The notes beneath the pieces are model-generated. The model saw only the letters and a list, made by a program, of their open reading frames with translations, had not been told where the DNA came from and did not search any database. Position numbers and translations under genes: made by a program. Below are positions 26,330 to 38,455 of a DNA stretch of 64,000 nucleotides, one piece after another; position 1 is the first letter of the stretch, and each line of letters opens with the position of its first letter. Source of the stretch: Dendrobates tinctorius (taxonomy: Eukaryota); the NCBI RefSeq assembly GCF_039654945.1, contig NW_027361819.1, forward strand, positions 5,890,001 through 5,954,000, in the 5' to 3' direction.

Positions 26330-27760
26330 GAAAGTGAAAGGAGAATGATCAAAGTTCAGGTCAGAGAAGGACTACAACACTCAGCAGAGCCAATGGCTGC
26401 TTCTTGGGTCCTATGTCTATATATATAGTCTCTTGCCCTCGGTGCTGCACCCATCACTTGCCGCTGTAGTCTCCTGTCCTCACGTTACCGACCGTCAGAC
26501 AGTCAGTACAGAACGCGATCCAGCGCCGCTCTGAGCAGCTGTCACCCGGTATATGCACAGGTGCAGCAGAGCTGAGTTTGCTGTCTGGTGCTCCCCATTG
26601 TGACAGCATTATATGAGTAAAATCTGTAATGTCAAACTCAACTCTGCTACATCGCACCATCAGAGCAGACAAGGTTCTCCCATAAGAGCGAAAACTGACA
26701 GGAGAAGCACCCCAAATAACGAGAGCGATTACCGGAGGATCCCGACATGGCGACGTCTGGAGCGAAGAGCGAACACTGGGAGATCCTGATCCTCGGCCGA
26801 TCCAGCAACGAAATATGTGCAGAACGGAGGAGACCTGAAAGTGAAAGGAGGGTGAGGAGGAGGTCACATCCTGATTACAAAATGGAAACCGTAGGCAAGT
26901 CTGTACCACTAACCTCAGCTGCTGCAGAACATCACAGTGTAGCTCAGCTGCTGCAGAACCTCATAGTACACCTCAGCTGCTGCAGAACCTAATACACACC
27001 TCAGCTACTGCAGAACATCACAGTGTAGCTCAGCAGCTGCAGAACATCACCATATATCTCAGCTGCTGCAGAACATCATAATACACTTCAACTGCTGCAG
27101 AACCTCATAGTACACCTCAGCTGCTGCAGAACATCATAATACACACCTCAGCTGCTGCAGAACATCACCATATATCTCAGCTGCTGCAGAACATCATAAT
27201 ACACACCTCAGCTGCTGCAGAACATCACCATATATCTCAGCTTCTGCAGAACGGAGGAGACCTGAAAGTGAAAGGAGGGTGAGGAGGAGGTCACATCCTG
27301 ATTACAAAATGGAAACCGTAGGCAAGTCTGTAGCACTAACCTCAGCTGCTGCAGAACATCACAGTGTAGCTCAGCTGCTGCAGAACCTCATAGTACACCT
27401 CAGCTGCTGCAGAACCTAATACACACCTCAGCTACTGCAGAACATCACAGTGTAGCTCAGCAGCTGCAGAACATCACCATATATCTCAGCTGCTGCAGAA
27501 CATCATAATACACTTCAACTGCTGCAGAACCTCATAGTACACCTCAGCTGCTGCAGAACATCATAATACACACCTCAGCTGCTGCAGAACATCACCATAT
27601 ATCTCAGCTGCTGCAGAACATCATAATACACACCTCAGCTGCTGCAGAACATCACCATATATCTCAGCTGCTGCAGAACATCATAATACACACCTCAGCT
27701 GCTGCAGAACATCACCATATATCTCAGCTTCTGCAGAACGGAGGAGACCTGAAAGTGAAA
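26330..27760. promoter_or_regulatory. Four IRF-E/ISRE motifs (GAAAGTGAAA) upstream of GBP
   Basis: At 26330-26339, 26837-26846, 27264-27273 and 27751-27760. TTCCAGGGAA STAT-like site at ~26193. Confidence 0.55.
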
Positions 27761-28080
27761 GGAGGGTGAGGAGGAGGTCACATCCTGATTACAAAATGGA
27801 AACCGTAGGCAAGTCTGTAGCACTAACCTCAGCTGCTGCAGAACATCACAGTGTAGCTCAGCAGCTGCAGAACATCATAATACACTTCAACTGCTGCAGA
27901 ACCTCATAGTACACCTCAGCTGCTGCAGAACATCACCATATATCTCAGCTGCTGCAGAACATCACAGTATAGCTCAGCTGCTGCAGAACATCACCATATA
28001 TCTCAACTGCTGCAGAACCTCATAGTACACCTCTGCTACTGCAGAACTTCATCATACACCTCAGCTGCTGCGGAACCTCA
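26818..28080. repeat. Higher-order tandem repeat: three units (spacing 427 and 487 bp), each a ~95-bp head plus a ~29-bp CTCAGCTGCTGCAGAAC minisatellite
   Basis: gcagaacggaggagacctgaaagtgaaagg recurs at ~26819, ~27246 and ~27733. Confidence 0.9.
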
Positions 28081-29420
28081 GTTCGCGGTGTTACATGTGC
28101 AGCATTGTAGTTCTCTAGGCCACGCCTTCTTCACGGTCACGTGACTAGAAGACATTCTATCTATGCAACCAATCACAGGCCTCAGCTTTCAGGTGACCCC
28201 AGAACAGGAGGTTAGGAGCAGCAGTCACTGACAGCAAGCAGAGGTGTGCAGCCTCATGAGGAGGAGGAGGAGGAGGCGTGCTGCTGCTGCTGCAGGTAAT
28301 CATGTCTGTAGTAATGTGCTGTGTTCACAAGAACTACAAGTCCCAGCTGAGGTTCTTGAGCTATGAGGCTGGCAGCCATCTTGTGACAGTGCTGTGGTGT
28401 CACTATGGCAACCAGTGTGATTGCGGCCTGTGGAGATGGAGGCCGGGGGTCACGGATCGGAGATGGAGGCCGGGGGTCACTGTGATGGAGGTCGGTGATT
28501 TCTGTCATTTATACTGTTACGTTTCTAGTTTTCCTCAGAGGTTATAAAATCTGTCGGCCGGGCGGGAAACTTGTTTTGGATGTTGAGTGTGGACTCCAGG
28601 AGCCGCTATTGAGTAAGTGCGGGAATGATTGGCCGACTATATAGCTGGCATCAATCTCCAGCAGCCGCGGCCATGAATATTAACCATTTAAAAGGAACAT
28701 GTACTGGTGCCCGCGCGCCAACTCCCATCGACACCCCCACAACGCGATCTAGGGGGACCGATGAGCCCCAACTGAGCTCCAGACAGGATCGGGATTCTCA
28801 CCATATACTGCAGCTGTGGTATTACCGTATATACTAAAAGCAAACGATCGCACGGTCAAGTTCCCCAAAGGGACTTAAAATAATGTAAAAAACGAAGATA
28901 AAACTTTTTAAAAATGTTAAAAAAATGTAGAAATTCAAATCATTCCCCTTTTTCTCCATTAAAAATAAACTAAAAAAAAATATATATATATATAATATCA
29001 CTGTGATTGTAAAAGTCCAATCTCAAAATCTGGAATTAATTAACCCGATTGATAAATGCAGTAAAGAGAAATGAAGATGCTGCAGTTGTGGGTTATCTTC
29101 TCACTTCACCTCTATAAGTAAGTGTAATAATGAGCAATGAAAGCGTTGTAAGTACACAAAGCTGACTGATATCAATAAAGACGTCAGCTCACTGAGAAAA
29201 AACCAAGCCCCATCCAACAGGAAGATAAAATGTAACGGGTCACAAAGGAAAAAAAAAAAAAAGTGCAATAATCTGAATATTTTGGTCATCACTTAAAGGG
29301 AACCTGTCAGTCGGGGCTTCATGTGGTGCTCTGGTTATATATTCACAATACAGACTACTGACAGATCACAGATCCCTCACTGACCCGTCCCCTAGTTTAC
29401 ACAATGAATACATGTACATA

Positions 29421-30607
29421 TGGAGCGCCCGCCAGGGCAGTGGGGATACTCGGTACCGGGCCGCTTCTTAAAGGGGCGGTGTCACAGCAGCGGTGACCCG
29501 GTCCATGGCCCTGGGCATCCAATAAAAGGGGTGTATTTACAAGGGAATGAGAAATAAAGAGTTTTTTGTGGTAAGAGTTTGTGATGCCACCTGTGGTATC
29601 TGATCAGTAGTGACCAGCGCTGCAGTGCAGATCCTCTGGGACTGATGTTGTGATGCAGCAGTGTTGGAATAGCTCTCCACAGGCAGAGCTGTTGTCCCAG
29701 GGCAGTTGTGGTTGGTTAAAGATGCAATGGCTGTGGATGGTAGATGCAGCAGTGCTGAGTGAGTGTTGAGGCAATAATTTAAAGGACACAGTGAGGTGCA
29801 GTTCCAAAGCTTTACTCACAGTTTCTGGTGCGCACAGATGCCCGCTTTAGTGCCGTGTCCTCCAGGTGAGGGGCTCAGTCAACTCCCAGGCAAAAGAAGT
29901 ACACCTTTCCAACACTCCCTTCAGTATGTGCCTTTCCTGGCCATCTCCACAGTGCTGCTTTCCACTTGCCTTCCCTTTCAGCACTTCACAGTCAGTGTCC
30001 CAGGCCAGCTGCCGCGAATCCTGTTGGACAACGTGACCCACTACGTTTCCTTGACTCCTTCTGGCTGCCTTTCCGGAGAAGATAACTGTGGTTGTTGGCT
30101 GTGGCCCCTAAAGTTATCACAGCTGTCGGCTTACTAGCAGAGTCCTGATGTCCACACCACTAGGTTAAGGGGCCGAGACCCTTCTGCGACCTGGATTCTC
30201 CCCCACCTGATGTCCCTCAGCGTGGAACGAGCCCCACGGGAAGCACTCTCCACCCGTGTCTCTGGGAGAACCCCTTTTCCCTTCAGGGAACTTTCTTCCA
30301 AAAACCCTTCTGTCCAGCAGCTCCTGACTAGGAGCTGCTCCAGACACGTCCTCTCACTTCCTCCCCCTAAGGGGAACTGTCCTAACTTTCTACAGTTCTC
30401 CCGCTCTAAACCTAAGCTCCACCCACCTCCCAACACCCTTCACGAACCAAGCAGGGGTCATATAGGGTGCCCTGCTGTTCTAAGCGTGTGTGGCATGCAG
30501 GTGTATGAGTGTGGTCAGGTGTCTCCATCTTACCTGGTTAGTGGGATACTACACCTCTAGATGAGGTGCAGTACCTCTGTGGCGACTGAACCCTCAGGGG
30601 CGCCACA
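29421..30607 (-). mobile_element. Gypsy solo LTR with 4-bp TSD (CATA)
   Basis: TG...CA termini; CATA at 29417-29420 and 30608-30611; homologous to the LTRs at 32610 and 48656. Confidence 0.88.
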
Positions 30608-31371
30608 CATACTGATGAAAAAAATCCCTTCTGCAGGCGGGTAATAACTGTGCTTGATGTTTTCCTGAGGAGTATAAAAAAAAATCATTTTTAAATTGGC
30701 GCTTGCACAGTAGCAGCCATCGGTGTATATAGAGCCAAGAGCTGCTACTGTGCAGGCTTGGTGACGCCATCTTGGAGGAGGAAAGTTTTTTTTCTTCTCT
30801 AGCAAGATGGCACTGCCGGCGAATGTGCAGTAGCAGCTCTCAGATCACCTCTATATACACCAATAGCTCCTACTGCGCAGGCACGGCGGGCACCATTTTA
30901 CAATTGATTTTTTTTAATACTCCTCAGAATAACCTCAAGTACAGTTATTAACTACACATTAAACATGCGATTATGCTGCAGCGCAGGGGCCACGGCCGGA
31001 GCCGCCTGCAGAAGGTTTTTTTCAGTATGTATATATATTCATTATGTAAACTACTGGGTGGGACAGTGAGGGATCTGCATTATGAATAACTAATCAAATC
31101 ACCACATGAAGAACCCCCCAGTGCCCCACCCAGAGCCCCACTCACAGCCCACCTGTCATGATTCCTCTGTTCAGAGTGTCTGGGACACTGCGATGGACAG
31201 CTCTGGCGTCCTATCCTGAGCTGGGGCATGCTGAGTTGTTAGTGCTTTGATAGGTCAACCAAGCTGTCAATCTGACTGGAAGGTGCAGAGACTTCCACAG
31301 GTGCTCCATATTCTTGGTAATTGACCTGTTGTTTAGGTGAGCTGTCTGGTTCAGATCATGGCCAGTCAAAA

Positions 31372-31667
31372 TGTGACGCTAGTCACAACCCACGACTAGG
31401 CCGTGAATAATCGCAGTCAGATGTTCCGTTTGTTATTGCCCCTTTGCATCTGATATTCCGTTGCTGACCTTTGGATCGTGTTCTGACTACCCGTTTGTTA
31501 TTGGCCCTTTGCTTATCTGCTGTTTCTCTGGCATTCTGACCTTGGCATGTGACCTAATTTGCGACATTGTATTTTCCCTTGGTTACTACATGATCTTTTG
31601 GTATTGGCCCCGGAACATCTGACTGCGCTTTTTCACGGCCCAGCCTTGGGTTGTGACTAGCGTCACA
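31372..31667. mobile_element. 296-bp element with perfect 21-bp terminal inverted repeats (TG...CA)
   Basis: TGTGACGCTAGTCACAACCCA ... TGGGTTGTGACTAGCGTCACA; imperfect pairing extends to ~35 bp. Confidence 0.65.
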
Positions 31668-33683
31668 CCAGCCTGTGGCACGAGCATGTCATTAACTAAA
31701 AGCTGAAAATAAAGATTAAACAACAACCACAAGAAGGATTTCATCACCAGGTATCAGTGTAGTCAGTATAACGGCGCCGACCTGACACTGTTTGTAGTTA
31801 CTGAGCACAATCGTGCTGACAGGTTCCCTTTTAAATAAAAAAACATGTAAGTTTGGTATCACTGAAATAATCAGACTGACCTGGACAGTGAAGGAGGGCA
31901 GAGGTAGAAAGGAATGGAAGGCAACTAGCCCACAGTTCTCATTCTTTAGTGTCTAACAGATTTCCATCTTGAGAAATAAAGAGATCAGAGAAGTAGGAAA
32001 GTTTGTTCCAGTGAAAGCATCAATTTAATAATATGGGAGCGGGGGGCTGGGGAGCAGGGGTCTACGCACTCTCCATATAGTGATATACAGCTGTATTGCA
32101 GTGACTGCCTTATTACAAGGCACATTAAATGCGGTATATCTACCCCAGTGCTGGTGACACAGTAGGGTAGGTGAGCATTGCTTTACTGCATGTTGTGCAC
32201 TCCCCTCCATCTCTATATTTAATTTGGAATCTATTTAGCTCCCATAGTAAAGAGAACGAACATGTAATACATTGTTCCTGACCTCACGACAAACTGCTCA
32301 CTGTGCATAGGACAAATAGGGAGCAGCCAGTTATCAATTAGTTCTCAAAAACTTCGGCACCTCCTGTATATTCATAAAAACATCCAAGTGCCAAATCCAT
32401 ATGTCCATGAAACATGGTCCGAATACTGCTGCAGAATATTCTTATGTAAAGCATCCTATAATTAACATTGCTTATAGATTACTAATAATATAATTAGGTA
32501 TTTACAATAATAATAGATTATAATGTTACATGCTATATATTGTTATCTTGGTTTAGTTTGAGTGTGATGTGACCGGTCGGGGCTGAGGAAACCTTGGGGG
32601 TGCAGAAAGTGGAGTGCCTGCCAGGGCAGTGGGGTACTCGGTACCGGGCCGCTTCTCAAAGGGGACAGTTTCACAGCGGTGGTGACCTGGTCCGTGGCTC
32701 TGGGCATCCAATAAAAGGGATATATTTACAGGGGATGAAAATAAAGAATTTGTAAATGTTCGTGACGCCACCTTTGGTATCTGGTCAGAGGCAACCAGCG
32801 CTGCAATGCAGATCCTCTGGGACTGATGGTGTGATGCAGTAGAGTTGAAGTAGCTCTCCACAGGCAGAGCTTAGTCCCAGAGCAGATGGAAGATGTTGAG
32901 AGAGAGAAAGATGTAGTGTGAAGCAAGGGATGTAGCAGTGCTGAGTAGGTGATGCAGGAAGAAGGCAGAAGACGCAGATGAATGCATTTCCAAAGCTTTA
33001 CTCACAGTTCTGGTGCACACAGATGCCCACTTGGTGCTACATCCTCCGGGTGAGGATCCAGCCAACCTCCAGGCAGCTAGAGAACACCTTTCCAGAACTC
33101 CCTTTCAGTATGTGCCTTCCCTGGCCGTCTCACAGTGTTGCTTTCTCGCCTCTTCATACACAACACCTCACAGTGTCCCAGGCCAGCAGCCGCGGACCTT
33201 ATTGGATAACATGCACAGTTCGTTTCCTTGCTCCCTTTTGGCTGCCTTTCTGGCAAAAATAACTGTGGTTAGTGACTGTGGCCCCTACAGTTTCCACAAC
33301 TGTCGGCTTGTTAGCTGAGTCTTGATGTCCACTCCACTAGGCTAGGTGCCGAGACCCTTCTGTGACCTGGATTTCCCCCACCTGATGTCCATCAGCGTGC
33401 AACGAGTCCCACGGGGAGCACTCTCTTCACCTGTGCCTCTGGGAATCCCTTTCCCACTTCAGGGAACTTCCTTCAGTCACCTTCCGCAGCAGCTCCTGCT
33501 AACAGGGAGCTGCTGCACACACATCCTCTCACTTCTCCCCCCAGGAGGGAACTGATCCTAACTTCCTTCAGTTCTCTTGCTCTTAACCTAAGCTCCTCCC
33601 AACACCCATCCAGGGTGCCCTGCTACTCTAGGGTGCGTGTTATTTTAAGAGTATGGTCTGGTGTCTCCAGCTTACCTGGTTGT

Positions 33684-34018
33684 ATGCACTAAAAGGTTGA
33701 AACAAGAGCGCAATAGGGTCTTATCCGGGTAAAATGTATAAATAGTAAAGGTATTATACTCACCTTCTCAAAGAGAAAGTAAAGCCTGTATAGTATGTCA
33801 GCCTGCTGCACGTCCAACGGTCCACAGCGGAACCGCACCACAGTTAATAAGGAATAAATTCTTGGACTTTAAGTGCGCTGCCAGACAATGTCAACCCCTG
33901 AAGAAGAAGCGTTATGCTTCGAAACGCGTAGGGATTAAAGGGTTAACTTTTTTAACCTTGTGTTGTTATGGAATTTGTCTGGCAGCGCACTTAAAGTCCA
34001 AGAATTTATTCCTTATTA
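33684..34018 (+). mobile_element. Penelope-type short insertion with 15-bp TSD and a perfect 44-bp inverted repeat
   Basis: AGCTTACCTGGTTGT at 33669-33683 and 34018-34032; inverted repeat 33845-33888 / 33975-34018. Confidence 0.78.
33895..33933 (+). ncRNA. Minimal type I hammerhead ribozyme (Penelope-type)
   Basis: CCC-CTGAAGA-A-GAAGC(gttat)GCTTC-GAAA-CGCG-TA-GGG: intact core, 5-bp helix II, 3-bp helix I and a palindromic CGCG in place of helix III. Confidence 0.72.
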
Positions 34019-34099
34019 GCTTACCTGGTTGTGGGACAATACATCTCTGGATGACCTGTAGTACCGCTGTGGCGACTGGACAATCATGGGCACCGCATA

Positions 34100-34509
34100 T
34101 CCTCACAAGATCTCCTTCTCTACTCCCCTCTTATCTCCTCTTCCAACAATCGCATACAAGATTTCTCTCGCGCATCCCCCCTACTCTGGAACTCTCTACC
34201 ACAACATATCAGACTCTCACCTACCATCGAAACCTTCAAAAAGAGCCTGAAGACCGACCTCTTCCGACAAGCCTATAACCTGCAGTAACCACCGATCCAC
34301 CAAACCGCTGCACGACCAGCTCTACCCTCGCCTACTGTATCCTCACCCATCCCTTGTAGATTGTGAGCCCTCGCGGGCAGGGTCCTCTCTCCTCCTGTAC
34401 CAGTCGTGACTTGTATTGTTTAACATTATTGTACTTGTTTTTATTATGTATACCCCTCTTTACATGTAAAGCGCCATGGAATAAATGGCGCTATAAAAAT
34501 AAATAATAA
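34100..34509 (+). mobile_element. L2-clade LINE 3' end
   Basis: Homologous to 50490-50900 (inverted). Ends in atgtaaagcgccatggaataaatggcgctat plus an (AAT)n tail. Confidence 0.75.
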
Positions 34510-35458
34510 CACCCCCGTTAAGCGAAGCACATCCGCGGGCTGAAACAGAACAAATTATGTTACAGGGGAACATACAAAAATATTTTGAACAGGCCTGTCT
34601 GTCAAGAAACAATGATCAAATACTACTTCCCTTCATGGGAGGTACTCTCTCTTTAACGTTGCTCAACATTGCCCTATCAAAAATACTCCTAATTAAATTA
34701 TTCTACCTTATACATTATACTGTTACATCTATCTATGCAAATACTGACATTTATTCTTGTCCCTAAACTACTTGGGTGACAACCGTGACTAAATGGTTCG
34801 CCACCTGATCTGGACACCTTGTCCCTGAAACAATACTTTTCCTATTCACTATTAGGCATTGCTACTTCTATAACATATTTTACAAAAAGTGCTTTCATTT
34901 CCTACATAACAGTAATGTCACACATCAAATGGTACCTGCTACTAATACCTATCACTTCCCATATCTACAAATGCTATACAGTAACTTTTCAATAGTCTTA
35001 CACAATATAAATACACATTTTACACTATAAAACAATCTATACATGGCATAATATTACAAGCATAATAACATTTTTATTAGTTACAATCAAAAGCTGTCAT
35101 CATTTGAGGTAAGTGGCAGATACTGTCCCAGCTGGGGTATCGTCTAATATCCCTGTGCAGTGTGGAGGACCTGCTCAAAACCTCCAACGTTGGTCTTGGG
35201 TGGGCTGCAAGACATATCTGGTCTCCCCCATAGACCTCATCTTCAGCAACACCTAACAGGCTTTTCTTCTGGTCTGTAGTTGTTGTGCAGTGATGAAATC
35301 TTGACATTTTAAAAGGTAAATGTAAAACCAAGAAGGAGCACCTTAATAGGTGCTGCTGACCTACATACAGTTAGAGTGTATGGATCACTCAGTGTTCATG
35401 ATCTGTCTTTTTTTTTTTCCTTCTTTACCTTAATTACTTATGAGAAAAACAAAGCATA

Positions 35459-35788
35459 CCAAAAAACCTCAGGAAAAAGATATTTGGGTCAACCAAGTCA
35501 AAGGAATACACCAAGATAGCATGACCCCTAAAAATTAACTTTTAATTCAATAATTACAAACTTTAGATAATCCCAACTTATAGGGTCCAGAGCAATAAAT
35601 CACACAAAAATTTAAATCAAATTGCAAGGGGCAGCTACGCTTGCCCTTATGGGCCCTAATAAGTCCCTTCCTGGCTGCGGAGGTTGGCACTCTAGTTGTT
35701 GGTGATGTGGCCCCTCCGCTTAACGCCAGTAGCCCTAGAACACTCTAGTTTTTAATTATTGAATTAAAAGTTAACTTTTAGGGGTCAT
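35459..35788. mobile_element. Short insertion with 14-bp TSD and terminal ~36-bp inverted repeat (Penelope-like architecture)
   Basis: AAAAACAAAGCATA at 35445-35458 and 35789-35802; inverted repeat 35521-35556 / 35753-35788. Confidence 0.7.
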
Positions 35789-36648
35789 AAAAACAAAGCA
35801 TAGCCTGATGAAACATTTTACCAAAAACCCTCCTGGGGTTAACTATTTACAAAATGCTAAAGTGGTTCTGTTCACTTTAATGGGGCTGACATGACAAGCA
35901 GCCTCCTGATGCAGTGGAAGCATTTGTGCTCTTTTGCTTCCAGGGTAAGATTTCTGGATGGCTGCGTCTTGTAGTCATAATAACTGCTGTAGCCACCTGG
36001 GTATATGCTGCTTGAGGAGATTCATCCGATATAAATCTCCCCTGGTCTTGGAGATGAGGCCGATGGTGGAATGGTTGCTGGTTGAGGCACTTTTAAAGGT
36101 GCAACTGCAGCCTGGGGAATTATCTGCATCGCTGCAGCTGGTGTCAGTTCTGCTGCGCGTGGAGTTGGTGGTGTTGCCGCCATTGCTGAGATTGTTGATG
36201 GAGCCGCTGTTGTCGCCCCCTGGTGTTCCTGTGGGGCTATTAGCTTGGTGGGGATCCTGCGTACATGGAGCGCGTACCATCCCCTATCACCTAGATGAAG
36301 GCGACATACACTTTTGGAAGTGCATTGAGCAGCAGGGTGGTTTGCTGGTAAAAGGGAAAAAAAAATCTTTTTAATCTTCTGCCTGAGCGAGTGTGAACGA
36401 GCTGAGTGTGAACTGAGCATAAGTGCGAACTGTGGTAAGTGTGTGACTTGTGATTCGGTGACTTTGGATTCAGGGGGTTTCCAAGGGAGGAATTACTGAA
36501 ATGTTTTTATTTTAGTAATACTTTTTATTTTATTAATACTTTTTATTTATTTTTGCTTATCGTTTTGTCTGGTGCAATCCCCATTAGGATGTTCTCCACT
36601 ATTGCCAATGCCATCCAGTGCACGTCTTGCCACATGTATGAAATCCTT

Positions 36649-38455
36649 AGAATCATAGAATCATAGAATCATAGAATCGTAGAGTTGGAAGGGACCTCCT
36701 GGGCCATCTGGTCCAACCCCCTGCTCAAAGCAGGATTCGCTAAATCATCCCAGTCAGATGTCTGTCCAGCCTCTGTTTGAAGACTTCCATTGAAGGAGAA
36801 CTCACCACTTCTCGTGGCAGCCTGTTCCACTCATTGATCACTCTAACTGTCAAAAAGTTTTTTCTAATATCTAATCTGTGTCTCCTCCCATTCAGTTTCA
36901 TCCCATTGCTTCTAGTCTTTCCTTGTGCAAATGAGAATAAAGTTGATCCTTCTACAATGTGACAGCCCTTTAGATATTTGTAGACAGCTATTAAGTCTCC
37001 TCTCAGTCTTCTCTTTTGCAAACTAAACATTCCCAAATCCTGCAACCTTTCCTCATAAGACAGGGTTTGCAGACCGGTCACCATTCTGGTCGCTCTTTTC
37101 TGAACTTGCTCCAGTTTGTTGATGTCTTTTTTAAAATGTGGTGCCCAAAACTGGACACAATATTCCAGATGAGGTCTGACCAAAGAGGAGTAGAGGGAAA
37201 TAATGACTTCACGTGATCTAGACTGTATGCTTCTGTTAATACATCCTAGAATTGCATTTGCCTTTTTTGCTGCTGCATCACACTGTTGACTCATATTCAG
37301 TCTGTGATCTATTAGTATACCCAAGTCTTTTTCACATGTGCTGTCACTTAGCCCTATTCCTCCCATTCTATATATGCTTTTTCCATTTTTATTGCCCAGA
37401 TGTAGTAATTTGCATTTCTCCCTGTTAAAAACCATTCTGTTAGTTGCTGCCCACTGCTCCAGTTTATTTAAATCTTTTTGAATCCTCTCTCTCTCTTCTC
37501 TAGTATTAGCTATCCCTCCTAGCTTTGTGTCATCAGCAAATTTAATCAGTTTACCCTCAATTCCTTCATCTAAATCGTTGATAAAGATGTTGAACAATAC
37601 AGGGCCCAGGACAGAGCCCTGTGGTACCCCACTTGAGACATCTTTCCAACTGGATGTGCAGCCATTTACGACCACTCTTTGGGTCCGATCACTAAGCCAG
37701 TTATGAATCCACCTAACAGTTGCCTTGTCCATTCCATACTTAATCATTTTTTCAATAAGGATTGTATGAGAGACTTTGTCAAATGCTTTGCTGAAGTCAA
37801 GATATACTATATCTACAGCATTTCCTTGATCCACCCAATCAGTGATACCGTCATAGAAGGAAATTAAGTTAGTCTGACATGACTTATTAGTTACAAACCC
37901 ATGCTGACTCTGTTTAATCACTTCATTCTTATCCAGGTATTGACATACATGTTGTTTAATAATTTGTTCAAAGATCTTTCCTGGTATAGAAGTCAGACTC
38001 ACCGGCCTATAGTTACCTGGGTCCACCTTCTTCCCCTTTTTGAAGATAGGAACAACATTTGCTCTTCTCCAGTCTTCTGGCACTTCTCCTGTTCTCCAAG
38101 AATTTTCAAAGATTATAGAGAGGGGTTCAAAAATTTCTTCTGCTATCTCCTTCAGTACTCTGGGGTGTAATTCATCTGGACCTGGAGACTTGAATTCATT
38201 TAGGCTAGCTAAGTGTTTCCTCACTATCTTTCTGTTTATAGATATCCTGGATTCTTCTATTCCCTTAATAGGACAGTGAATAACAGTTGATGTTACATTT
38301 CCTTTCTGAGAGAAAACAGATGCAAAATAGGAATTTAAAAGTTCAGCCTTCTCAACATCCTGTCTTACCATTTCATCATTTTCATCCTGTAAAAATCCTA
38401 TAGCATCTTTGACTTTTCTTTTACTTTTGACATATCCCCAAAGTATCACATATCC
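36649..38455 (-). mobile_element. CR1 family B, 5'-truncated but with an uninterrupted RT ORF (young copy), inserted antisense in CR1-A ORF1
   Basis: 587-aa ORF with [27 protein letters not shown] and FADD. Tail (AGAATCAT)n on plus at 36649-36684. Possible CCTT TSD. Confidence 0.95.

Larger units (their letters stand above)
29297..31829. mobile_element. T2/Kolobok-type MITE (TTAA target) with nested insertions
   Basis: TTAA|AGGGAACCTGTCAG ... CTGACAGGTTCCCT|TTTAA termini; internal palindromic core at ~30610-31060. Confidence 0.75.
32610..34097 (-). mobile_element. Gypsy LTR (highly similar to 48656-49823), interrupted by a short insertion
   Basis: Colinear with 48656-49823 over about 1.1 kb. 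Confidence 0.88.

Noticed and set aside
26440-26720. Candidate non-coding first exon of GBP (possible GC donor near 26461)
   Set aside because: Plausible but not supportable without transcript data.
26910-28080. 29-bp repeat with variable short interspaces as a CRISPR-like array
   Set aside because: The interspaces are ~11 nt and recur, so this is an ordinary minisatellite.
35805-35815. Other CTGATGA heptamers (also at ~17405, 17694, 25517, 30612, 57976)
   Set aside because: No helix II / GAAA / NUH arrangement, so they are not hammerheads.
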